Positions 10,968 to 19,867 of a DNA stretch of 64,000 bases are shown here, piece by piece. Source of the stretch: Rebecca billardiae RCC1528. Lineage: Eukaryota > Protista > Haptophyta. Location: NCBI GenBank assembly GCA_965240325.2, contig OZ251225.1:3534001-3598000 (forward strand). The letters are read 5' to 3'. The translations under genes were made by a program, and so were the position numbers. Below the pieces are notes generated by a model. That model did no database searches and was not told where the DNA came from. It saw nothing but the letters and a program-made list of their open reading frames with translations. Position 1 is the stretch's first letter. Each line of letters begins with the position of its first letter.

Positions 10968-13900
10968 ATGCGCCCAGCCGTGAGACCGGGCGCTGCAAAG
11001 GGCGCGTCGGGCTCAGCCGCGGGCACGCCCGCGGATATCGCGGGCCGGCGGCGCAACTCGGCCGAGCGCGAGCTGGACAACATCCGGAACTCGCTGCGAA
11101 AGCTCGACGGGCAGGGGAGCCAGGGCGCGATGCAGACGGGCGAGGAGGTGTTCGGCCGCGCGCCCCAAACGTCCGGCGGCTCCGCCGTCACGTCCGTCCG
11201 GAAGTCCACCGTCGCCAACGGCGGCGGCGCGACGACGACGACGATCACAACGACCACGACCTCTTCCGAGTCGCGCTCGTCTCGGCCCGGGCCGGTGGCC
11301 GCGCCGCTGACGCCGAGCGGCGCGGGCGGCTCGTCGTCGGGCGCGGCGACGGGCAACAGCGCCGTGCGCAGCTCCTCGTTCTTCATGCGCTCGTCCTCCG
11401 TCCAGCCGCCGCAGCGGGCGGAGTACAGCTCGATCGCCGCCTCGCCCGGCCGCGCCATGTCTGTCGGCCGCACGTCGCAGCAGGGCTCGCGCATGTCGAC
11501 GCCGATCTCGTCGAACGCGACGTCGCCGCGCGATCGCACGCGCATCAAGTCGCGCCGCGGCTCGCGCGCCACCTCGGTCACCAAGATCTCCACGCTCATC
11601 GACTCCGAGCACTCGCGCGAGCGGCAGGAGGCGATCGAGGCGGACCGGGTGCTGAGCGCGGGCAAGGAGGCGGCGCTGTCGTCGCGCTCGGGGACGTCGT
11701 CGCCCGCGGGGAAGGTGAACGGGTTTGGCAGCGCGCGCGCGTACGGCGCCGCCGCCGCCAACGGTGCCGCCGCCGCCAACGGCGTCGCCGCCGCCAACGG
11801 CAACGGCAAGGCGGCGGCGGACGCGGGCGGCGCGTCGCTCGGCGTGCCGGGCGACCCGCTCGTCGACGGCCCGCCCGCGTCGACGGCGCGCGAGGCGGAG
11901 CTGGTGAAGATGCTGCAGGACGCGCGGAACGAGGCGAAGGAGGCGCAGCGCGCGACGAGCAGCCTGCGCGAGGTCCTCCGCCGCGCCACCTCGCACGAGA
12001 TGTCCGGCGCCGACCTGATGGCGATCAAGTCGCAGCTGCGGCACGTGGTGATTGAGCGCAGCTCTGCGCTCGACGAGGACGGCGAGACCGAGATCGCGGC
12101 GCTGCGCGAGCGGCTGCGCCACGTGACGACCGAGCTGAAGGACACGCGCGAGAAGTACGACGCCGAGACCGGCCCGCTGCGCCAGCAGATCCTCGAGCTG
12201 CAGGCCGAGATGGAGTCGAACCGCGCCGCGTCGCTCGAGCTCGCGCGGCTCAAGGAGGCGCGCGAGGCGGAGGAGCAGGTCGCGTCCACCGCCGCGCAGG
12301 TCGAGATCAAGACGCTCTCGGCGACGATCGACCGGATCAAGTCGGAGTGCGCGAAGGAGCGCGCCGAGTACGAGCTCGACCTCAAGTCGCTCCGCACCCA
12401 GCTCGAGCGCGAGCACCGCGAGCACGCCGAGGAGGTGTCGGAGCTGCGCGCCCGGCTCGTCTCGGCCGAGAGCCAGGCGAGCTCGATGTCTGCGACCGGC
12501 GCCGAGCTGGCCGACGCGCGGAAGGCGCTGGAGCAGGAGCGGCGCGAGCGCGCGCAGGCGGAGGGGAAGGCGCGGTCCGTCGAGTCCGAGCTGCACGACC
12601 TCCGCGCCAAGCTCAGCGCGTCCGAGCAGCGCGCGCTCGACGCGGAGAAGCGCGCGGCCGCGTCCGACTCCAAGGCGAGCGCCGCGTCGCAGTCGCTCGG
12701 CGTCGAGGTGCAGGCGCTGCGCGCCAAGCTGAGCGAGGCGGAGGCGCGCGCGATGGCGGCGGAGAAGCGCGCGTCGGCGGCCGACTCGAGAGCGAGCCAG
12801 TCCTCCCAGTCGATGGGCGTCGAGCTCGAGACGCTGCGCAACAAGCTGAGCGCGGCCGAGGCGCGCGCGCTCGCCGCCGAGAAGCGCGCCGCCGCGTCCG
12901 ACAGCCGTGCGAGCGAGGCGACCACCTCGACCGAGGCCGAGCTCGCCGGGCTGCGCGCGCGGCTCTCGTCGGCGGAGAGCGCCGCGGAGGCGGCGGAGCG
13001 GCGCGCGAGCGCCGCCGACTCCAAGGCCAGCCAGGCGTCGCAGTCGATGGGCGTCGAGGTGCAGTCGCTGCGCGACCGGCTGTCGGCGGCCGAGCGGCGC
13101 GCCGAGATGGCGGAGAAGCGCGCGGCGATGGCGGACTCGAAGGCGAGCGAGGCGTCGCAGTCGATGGGCGTGGAGGTGCACTCGCTGCGCGGCAAGCTGA
13201 GCGAGGCGGAGGCGCGCGCGGACGCGGCCGAGCGCCGCGCGAAGGAGGCCGACTCGAAGGCGGGCGACCTCGCCGAGCTGCGCGCGATGATGGAGCGCGA
13301 GCGCGAGGCGCAGCAGGCGGCGCGCGAAGCGCACGCGGCCGAGATGGCGGCGGTGCGCAAGCGGCTCGAGGAGTCGGAGGCGCGCGTGGCGCAGCTCGAG
13401 AAGGAGGCGGCGGCGGCGGCGGCGGCGGCGGCGCAGCTCAAGGAGCTCGAGCAGCAGAACCGCCGCCTCTCCGCCGTCGCGCAGCAGCACGAGCTGCAGG
13501 CGTCTGCGCTCAAGGAGCAGAACAAGTCGCTGCACGACAAGGCCAAGCAGTACGACGACATCCTGCAGAGCTCGCGCGTCGCCGAGCCGGTGAAGCTCAC
13601 CGAGGCGCAGATCGAGGACTCGTACGCGCTCGCGCGCGCCGCCGTGGCCGACTCGAAGGCGCCCTTCTCCACCCTCTCGCAGGAGGTGATGGTCGGCAAG
13701 ACGACGCTGATGAAGCTGCCGGCAGACGTGGTCGCCGCGTCGAGGCTGGAGGACCTGCTCGAGAAGGCGCGCGCCGCCAAGGTGGCGGGCAACGGCAAGC
13801 CGGACTGGGTGCCGATCGCGATGGTGGCGAAGCAGATCCCGGGCTCGCTCGGCAACGCCGTCGTGCCCGGCGGCACGCCGCCGCCCCTCGCCGCGTGCAC

Positions 13901-14882
13901 CGCCGTCGCGCTCAAGAACGCCGACGGCAGCTGGACCGCCAAGTACCAGGTGAAGGAGCAGCAGGGCAACGCCGCGCTCGACGTGCGCAACTACGGCATG
14001 CACGACGTGGTGATGGCGACGCAGGACGCGGGGCTGATCGCGAAGGGCGCGTGCATGTTCGCGCCGCCCGAGCGCGTGCGCCCCACGCGGCGCATGGAGT
14101 TCTTCGACGCGCTCAACAACGAGCGCATCCACGGCATGACGACGACCGTGATCGACGCGTCTGGCAAGCGGACCAAGTCTGAGGCGCAGTCGCAGTCGCA
14201 CCTCGAGATCGACTTCGACTCGCTGCCCGACGGCGAGACGCAGGTGGAGATCGAGTCGGAGGGCTTCGAGAAGTCGTACATGCGCTTCCTCAAGTTCGGC
14301 ACCATGACGCGCGCCGAGCCGATCGACTCGCTCTTCTTCAACCGGCGCGGCACGCTGCTCAAGGGGCAGATGCGCGTCGTGCTCTCGTGGAGCGACAGGC
14401 CGGCCGACCTCGACCTGCACTGCGTCTCGTCCAAGGGCGGGCACGTGTACTGGTCGCACAAGGTGCACGGCGAGATGCAGATCGACATCGACGTGACCAA
14501 GGGGCAGGGCCCCGAGACGCTCACCCTCGAGCCCAAGCCGGGGATGGCGTACCGCGTGTTTGTGCACAACTACACGGCGTCCAAGGCGGCCGACTACGTC
14601 GTCGAGGACGACCTCGCCTTCTCGGTCGGGTACATCACGCTGTTCGACGGCACGGGCGGGCCGGCGCACAAGTGGGAGGTGCCGTCCAACCCGGTGGAGA
14701 ACCGGCTGTACTGGGACGTGTTCACGATCATGGTGAACAAGGACAAGTCGGTGCAGCTCGACGTCACCAACTCGCTGCTCACGATGCGGCCCGACAAGCC
14801 GCTCGCGCCAGGCAAGGCGATGAAGAAGGCGCAGCTCGTCACGCTCGCCACGACGGGCATCGCCGCGTTCTCGAAGAAGTAG
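10968..14882 (+). CDS. 1304-aa protein: Ser-rich disordered N-terminus, long coiled coil, C-terminal beta-rich YfaP/DUF2135-like domain
   Basis: Strong GC3 codon bias and heptad-rich centre; C-terminal motif MRVVLSW..PADLDLH..IDIDVTKGQGPETLTL..YRVFVHNY. Confidence 0.85.
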   Translation: MRPAVRPGAAKGASGSAAGTPADIAGRRRNSAERELDNIRNSLRKLDGQGSQGAMQTGEEVFGRAPQTSGGSAVTSVRKSTVANGGGATTTTITTTTTSSESRSSRPGPVAAPLTPSGAGGSSSGAATGNSAVRSSSFFMRSSSVQPPQRAEYSSIAASPGRAMSVGRTSQQGSRMSTPISSNATSPRDRTRIKSRRGSRATSVTKISTLIDSEHSRERQEAIEADRVLSAGKEAALSSRSGTSSPAGKVNGFGSARAYGAAAANGAAAANGVAAANGNGKAAADAGGASLGVPGDPLVDGPPASTAREAELVKMLQDARNEAKEAQRATSSLREVLRRATSHEMSGADLMAIKSQLRHVVIERSSALDEDGETEIAALRERLRHVTTELKDTREKYDAETGPLRQQILELQAEMESNRAASLELARLKEAREAEEQVASTAAQVEIKTLSATIDRIKSECAKERAEYELDLKSLRTQLEREHREHAEEVSELRARLVSAESQASSMSATGAELADARKALEQERRERAQAEGKARSVESELHDLRAKLSASEQRALDAEKRAAASDSKASAASQSLGVEVQALRAKLSEAEARAMAAEKRASAADSRASQSSQSMGVELETLRNKLSAAEARALAAEKRAAASDSRASEATTSTEAELAGLRARLSSAESAAEAAERRASAADSKASQASQSMGVEVQSLRDRLSAAERRAEMAEKRAAMADSKASEASQSMGVEVHSLRGKLSEAEARADAAERRAKEADSKAGDLAELRAMMEREREAQQAAREAHAAEMAAVRKRLEESEARVAQLEKEAAAAAAAAAQLKELEQQNRRLSAVAQQHELQASALKEQNKSLHDKAKQYDDILQSSRVAEPVKLTEAQIEDSYALARAAVADSKAPFSTLSQEVMVGKTTLMKLPADVVAASRLEDLLEKARAAKVAGNGKPDWVPIAMVAKQIPGSLGNAVVPGGTPPPLAACTAVALKNADGSWTAKYQVKEQQGNAALDVRNYGMHDVVMATQDAGLIAKGACMFAPPERVRPTRRMEFFDALNNERIHGMTTTVIDASGKRTKSEAQSQSHLEIDFDSLPDGETQVEIESEGFEKSYMRFLKFGTMTRAEPIDSLFFNRRGTLLKGQMRVVLSWSDRPADLDLHCVSSKGGHVYWSHKVHGEMQIDIDVTKGQGPETLTLEPKPGMAYRVFVHNYTASKAADYVVEDDLAFSVGYITLFDGTGGPAHKWEVPSNPVENRLYWDVFTIMVNKDKSVQLDVTNSLLTMRPDKPLAPGKAMKKAQLVTLATTGIAAFSKK
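12600..13262 (+). repeat. 117-bp (39-aa) coding tandem repeat, ~5.7 copies
   Basis: LR.KLS.AE.RA..AE.RA..ADSKAS..SQS.GVE units start at 12600, 12717, 12834, 12951, 13068 and 13185. Confidence 0.88.
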
Positions 14883-16240
14883 CGCGCGGCGCGCGGCGCG
14901 CTGGGCTGGGTGACCACGTAGGTGCGCGCGCGCGCGCTGCGCACCAGAGCGAGCGAGCCGCGCTTGCGCGCGCGCGAGCGATATCGCGGGTGTGTGCGCG
15001 CCAAATCGCACGCAAGCCCCAATCTCACCGCCACTCGCACGCGGCGCACGTCCGCAGGTGGCTCACAGTCTGCTACATCCATCTTACACCTTCGCATCAC
15101 TCTTAAAGGTACCACGCTGCTCTGGGTACAGCTCTGCCCTTGGGCATCGGGCCGCCTGCTCGATGTCCGACGCTCGACGCAGCTGCTTGCCGCCCGCGCT
15201 GACGCTCGACGCTGCCGCCCGCGCAGCAGCTTAGCTGCTTGGCAGGCTTCCGAGACGAGACCGGCAGCCTCGGCACCGCCCCGCTCGGTGGCCGTGCGCG
15301 CGGTCTTTGCCGCGTCTGCGCTGCTGCTCCGCCACGGCGACGTTTGACACTATATCATCATCACCGCGCTCGCGTGCGCGCTGCACCGTGGCCTGTGGCT
15401 GCGGATCCGCCGCGTCCACTGCGCCCGTATCATCGCCAGCAGCCGTCCGCTGAATGATCATCGGTTCCTACTGTACCGCCGGCCGCCATCTGGGCACAGC
15501 GGACAGCGGTAGCGGCCGGGATCCGCGCTGGCGGACGTACACGTTATATATATATTATTTACGCCGTTTTACGCGCGGGCGACCTGCGCCCGGAGCCGAT
15601 ATCTGCTGATATATATGATCTCCGAGATCGTCTCACTCTCTCTGTGAGTCTCACTCTCGGCTCACTCTGACTCGTCAGTGGCTCTCTCTCTCTCTCTCCA
15701 ATCTCTATCGATCTCGATCTCTCTCTCGGCACGTCTCGGCATATAGTCGAGATAGTGAGAGTGTCGGTCCGCCCGCTGCTCCGCTGTGATTGCCGCCAGC
15801 AGATCGGCCTCACGGCCGCCACGCCAGGCTCTCTGCGGCCAGTCCGATCCCGACCGCCAATTCCGCCTGATATTGCTGAGTGATTGATCAACCAGTCCGC
15901 CGACCGCGCCGGGCCGCGCGCAGCTGACGGCCCGGTCATACAACGACTCGATACTGCCCGGGCCCGGCACTCAACAGTCTGCAGTGATACAGCAGCGTCG
16001 GCGTCAGAGCCGTCATACTCGTCATAGTATAGTACAGCGGCGCCGGCGGTACTTGATATAAGTACGTGCGTATAGAGAGCGCGCGCGCGCGAGAGAGAGA
16101 GACAGAGAGAGAGAGATGAGAGCCAGAGATCGAGAGAGATGTCGTCCGATTAGAATTTAGATCCGAGAGAGCACGGAGACTGATGCTACCAGTAAGACTG
16201 AGTTACCAGTCAGGAACTGCCAGTTGTCATACTGATATAT

Positions 16241-16375
16241 GTGGCGTTATTATAACGCAGTTATAACCGAATGTGTCGGGAGGCTCGGGAAGGTGATGCG
16301 TCGCAGTGTCGTGACAGCCAAGGCCAAGGGCCTCCATCGTCTACCTGATCCTGCAGGTAGTTGCTACGTGCTGGT
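16241..16375 (+). mobile_element. Diverged remnant of the terminus of the split-direct-repeat element at 55042-57316
   Basis: GTGGCGTTATTATAACGCAGTTATAACCGAATGTGTCGGGAGGCT...CCTGCAGGTAGTTGC matches the reverse complement of the end of repeat B (57316 inward) and is likewise preceded by ATAT. Confidence 0.8.
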
Positions 16376-16910
16376 ACCCAATCCGGATAGCTGTACCAGC
16401 GCGTCCTTTCCCAAGACCATCCCTCGGACAAGCTTTCCGTAGTTTCCGTTATCGTCATCACGGCCGCTGCCGCTTAATTGTATATCTGCCAATCACGCTG
16501 GCTCCTTCTGCATCTGCTCCTCTTTCCATTCGGCGGATAGCAGCAGCAGCAGACGATTCATAATCAGCAGCAGCAGCCAGCAACTTGAAAAACTAGCAGC
16601 TCGCAGATTTACCCTGGGCAATTGCAGCAATGACGGTACGGTAGGCAGGCAAGGTGAAGGTAGCAGTACTCGTCGGCAGGTCCTCATGGATACGCAGGGC
16701 AAACAGACACGAATGAAAGCGCAGCTGCGTGGTTCAGCGGCGCGGCACAATACGAAGGTGCATGCGCAATGAGCAGGTCACACGCTTCTTGCCACGTGGG
16801 CGATGAGAGCGGCGGGCGGCAGGGGTCAACGCGCACCAGCCCGCAGAGTCAGACGACACACATGCAGCGCCCACAGACACCATGATCGCAACACGCTGTC
16901 GGCAGGTCGT

Positions 16911-18791
16911 TCAGGCAGCAGGGTTGGCGGCAGGCACCGCAGCGAACGCCTCCGCGGAAACAAACGTGGCCTGCACGGTGTTCCCATCGAAGGTCCGGCC
17001 GTGCATGAGAGCGCGCGCCGCAGCGGCGGCCTCCGTGGCGCCGAAGTGGACGTACGCGCGGCCCACGAACGGCTCGGCGCCGCTCTGCCCGGGCCGAGGC
17101 ACCTTCAGCTGGAGCAGCGGGCCGCACTTGACGCACTCGGCTTGGATGTCGCCCACAATCTCGTTGTAACTCGCGTCGGTAGAGAGCACCTCGCTCTTGA
17201 CCAGGTTGTCGAGCTGGAGGTAGGCGGTGGGTGGGTCGGCGGCCGGTGCGGTCGGCGGGGCTGCTGCCGCTCTGGCCCCCGCGGCAATGGCTGCCGCCGC
17301 AGCTCGGGCGTTCGCCGTGACCGTGGCCGCGGCTGCTGCTGCCAGGGCAGCCGTGGCTGGGTTGGGCGGCGCTGGCACGTTGGGCCGCGGCACGGCTGCT
17401 GGCGGCGCCTGCGGCACCGGCCGCGGCGGCTGTGGGTACGCGCCCGGCGCGGGGGCGGGCATAGCCGGCTGGCGTGTCTGTGCGGGCGCGTGCGGCGCGG
17501 CAGCGTGCGCGGCGTAGGCCGGGTGCTGCGCGTAGGCCGCGGCATGGTGCTGCGGGTACGCGCTGTAGGGCTGTTGCGCGGCCGCGCCGTACGTCTGCTG
17601 CTGCGCGGCCGCGCCGTAGGGCTGCTGCTGCGCGGCCGCGCCGTAGGGCTGCTGCTGCGCGGCCGCGCCGTAGGGCTGCTGCTGCGCGGCCGCGCCGTAG
17701 GGCTGCTGCTGCGCGGCCGCGCCGTAGGGCTGCTGCTGCGCGTACGCCGCGGTCCCGCCGTACGGCTGCTGAGCGTACGCGCCGTACGGCTGCTGGTGCT
17801 GCGTCGGGTACTGCGCGTACGGCTGCTGCGGCGGCGCGTGCAGCCGCGCCGTCGGGGCGACGTACCCCTTGGGCCGGCCGATGTGCAGCCTGCGCCCGCA
17901 CAGCTCCATGTCCGTGAAGAGGGGGATGGCCAGCGTGGCGAGGTCGGGGTCGCGCAGCTCGACGAACGCGAACTTGCCCTCGCCGGACATCGTGACGTTC
18001 ACCACCGGCGCGCCGCGCGACGGGTCGAAGCCGGGCGTCGCCGAGAGCGGCACCCTGAAGAGCTCGTGCAGCATGGCCGCCGTCACCTGCCCAATAGCCA
18101 AGTTACCCACGTACAGCTCGCGCTGCTTCTTGTCGCTGGCGCCCGCGGCGGTGGGCGCGGCGGGCGGCGTGGGCGCGGCGGCGACGCCGGCCGGCGGCGT
18201 GGGCAGCCGCAGGGACGACGTGTCCAGCGGCGGCACGTGCGTCTGCATGTACCCGCTCGGCCGGCCAACGTTCACGTGCCGACCGCACAGCTCCACCTTG
18301 TCCAGGCGCATCATCGTCGCGGCGAGCACCTCGTCGCGCATCTCGACGAACGCAAAGCGGCCCTGCCCGCCCATCTGCACGTTCGCGATCGGCGGGCCCG
18401 GGCTCGGGTCGTAGCCGGGGAGCGACGTGAGGATGGAGGTGAAGAAGTCGCGGAGCACAGTCGGGGTCACGACGTGCTGCGTCAGGTTGCCCACGTACAC
18501 CTCGCGCTGCTTCCTGTCGTTCACGGGCGCGGGCGTGGGCGCGGCACCTGGTAGTGCGTGCGACGCCGCATACACCGCGGGCGCCACGTGCGCCGGCAGG
18601 GTGCTCGGCGCAGGAATCGTGGCGGCGGCGGAGCTCGCGAGCGCAGCCGGCTGCGGGGCCGGAACAGCCGGGGGCGCCCCCCACTTCCCAACGCGCTCGC
18701 GCTCGTTGGCCATCTTCTCGGGCTCTGGCGAGCCACGCCGGGGCGAGCGCGAGCGGTCGCGGTTCCGCGTTCCTGCCTCGTCCTCCGCCAT
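16911..18791 (-). CDS. U2AF large subunit-like splicing factor (short RS tract, two RRMs, C-terminal UHM-type RRM)
   Basis: RDRSRSPRR; RRMs KQREVYVGNL..FAFVEMR and KQRELYVGNL..FAFVELR; terminal RRM LQLDNLV..IQAECVKCG..GRAYVHF..MHGRTFDG; ATG at 18791. Confidence 0.85.
   Translation of the reverse strand: MAEDEAGTRNRDRSRSPRRGSPEPEKMANERERVGKWGAPPAVPAPQPAALASSAAATIPAPSTLPAHVAPAVYAASHALPGAAPTPAPVNDRKQREVYVGNLTQHVVTPTVLRDFFTSILTSLPGYDPSPGPPIANVQMGGQGRFAFVEMRDEVLAATMMRLDKVELCGRHVNVGRPSGYMQTHVPPLDTSSLRLPTPPAGVAAAPTPPAAPTAAGASDKKQRELYVGNLAIGQVTAAMLHELFRVPLSATPGFDPSRGAPVVNVTMSGEGKFAFVELRDPDLATLAIPLFTDMELCGRRLHIGRPKGYVAPTARLHAPPQQPYAQYPTQHQQPYGAYAQQPYGGTAAYAQQQPYGAAAQQQPYGAAAQQQPYGAAAQQQPYGAAAQQQPYGAAAQQQTYGAAAQQPYSAYPQHHAAAYAQHPAYAAHAAAPHAPAQTRQPAMPAPAPGAYPQPPRPVPQAPPAAVPRPNVPAPPNPATAALAAAAAATVTANARAAAAAIAAGARAAAAPPTAPAADPPTAYLQLDNLVKSEVLSTDASYNEIVGDIQAECVKCGPLLQLKVPRPGQSGAEPFVGRAYVHFGATEAAAAARALMHGRTFDGNTVQATFVSAEAFAAVPAANPAA
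17578..17740 (-). repeat. 27-bp coding tandem repeat (QQQPYGAAA)x~6
   Basis: Five perfect units and one variant unit in the linker before the last RRM. Confidence 0.9.
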
Positions 18792-19867
18792 GGCGGTCCG
18801 AGCGTTGCGCCAGGCGTCCGCGTGACGAGCAGCGCGGCGAGGCGCCCTCGCTCGTGCTGCGAACCCGCGAGGCCGGAATCGTGCGCGAGTCCGCCAGTCC
18901 GGCGCCGACGCCGGCCGCCGGCCGGGCGCCGCGACACGTCCTCCGGAAAAGCGGCCGAATAAAATCGAATAAATGCGCAGCATGCTTTATTTTCGTGTCG
19001 TCAGCGCAGCATTGTCAGTGTCGAAAATGACTACTACTAGTACTACCCCCATAGTGCGTACTACCAAAGGAATGAAGGGGGGGGTGCGCGCATCGGTGAT
19101 ATTCGATGTGACGTCCGTCTCGTCATCGGTCAATTAAGCACTCACTGACTCACATACAGCAGTCTGCAGACTGAGTGCAGTCAGTGAGTCACTGTGTCAT
19201 CCTGCGCATCAAATTCATCATTGTCAGCCACGGCTCGGGCTCTCGCGTGCCACGGTCACTCACCATATTGCGGCATGCGCATATTATTAATTAAAATATA
19301 GCCCAGCAGCATATTGAGTCTCTCTCTCTCTCCGTCTCTCTCTCTCTCTCTCTCTCTAGCTGGCTCTCTCTCTCTCTCTCTCTCTATGTAATTGTAATAA
19401 TGATTAATGACACTGACGACATCATCGTCGATCGTCACACTCACAGCCATATACGACGACAAGTCGACATCATGATGATGATGGTCTCCGATATTGATAT
19501 GGTGATGGCTGAATAAGATGTGCCGCCCGTGCACCTGATGGCGGCCGCATCTGCGGTTGTCATCTGTCGACGGAGGCCCGTCTCAGTCACTGTGACTCAG
19601 TGTCGCCGTGATCGGGCCGCTCGGTCGCACGCGTCGAGTATTGCGCGGCGGTCGGAGACTGGCCACTGGGAGAGGCGGTGCTGATCACTGTATCCGTGCT
19701 GTGACTCCTAGTAAGACTCACCAGTGAGCGGCGCCCGAGCAGGAGTAGACGTGGCGCCCGAGCAGGAGTAGACGTAGCCATCATCGATATGCATATGTCT
19801 TGGCGGATGGGACCATGGCATCGTCGGCAGCCACTGAGCACGCTGCGTCGCACGCGCGCACTCACCG

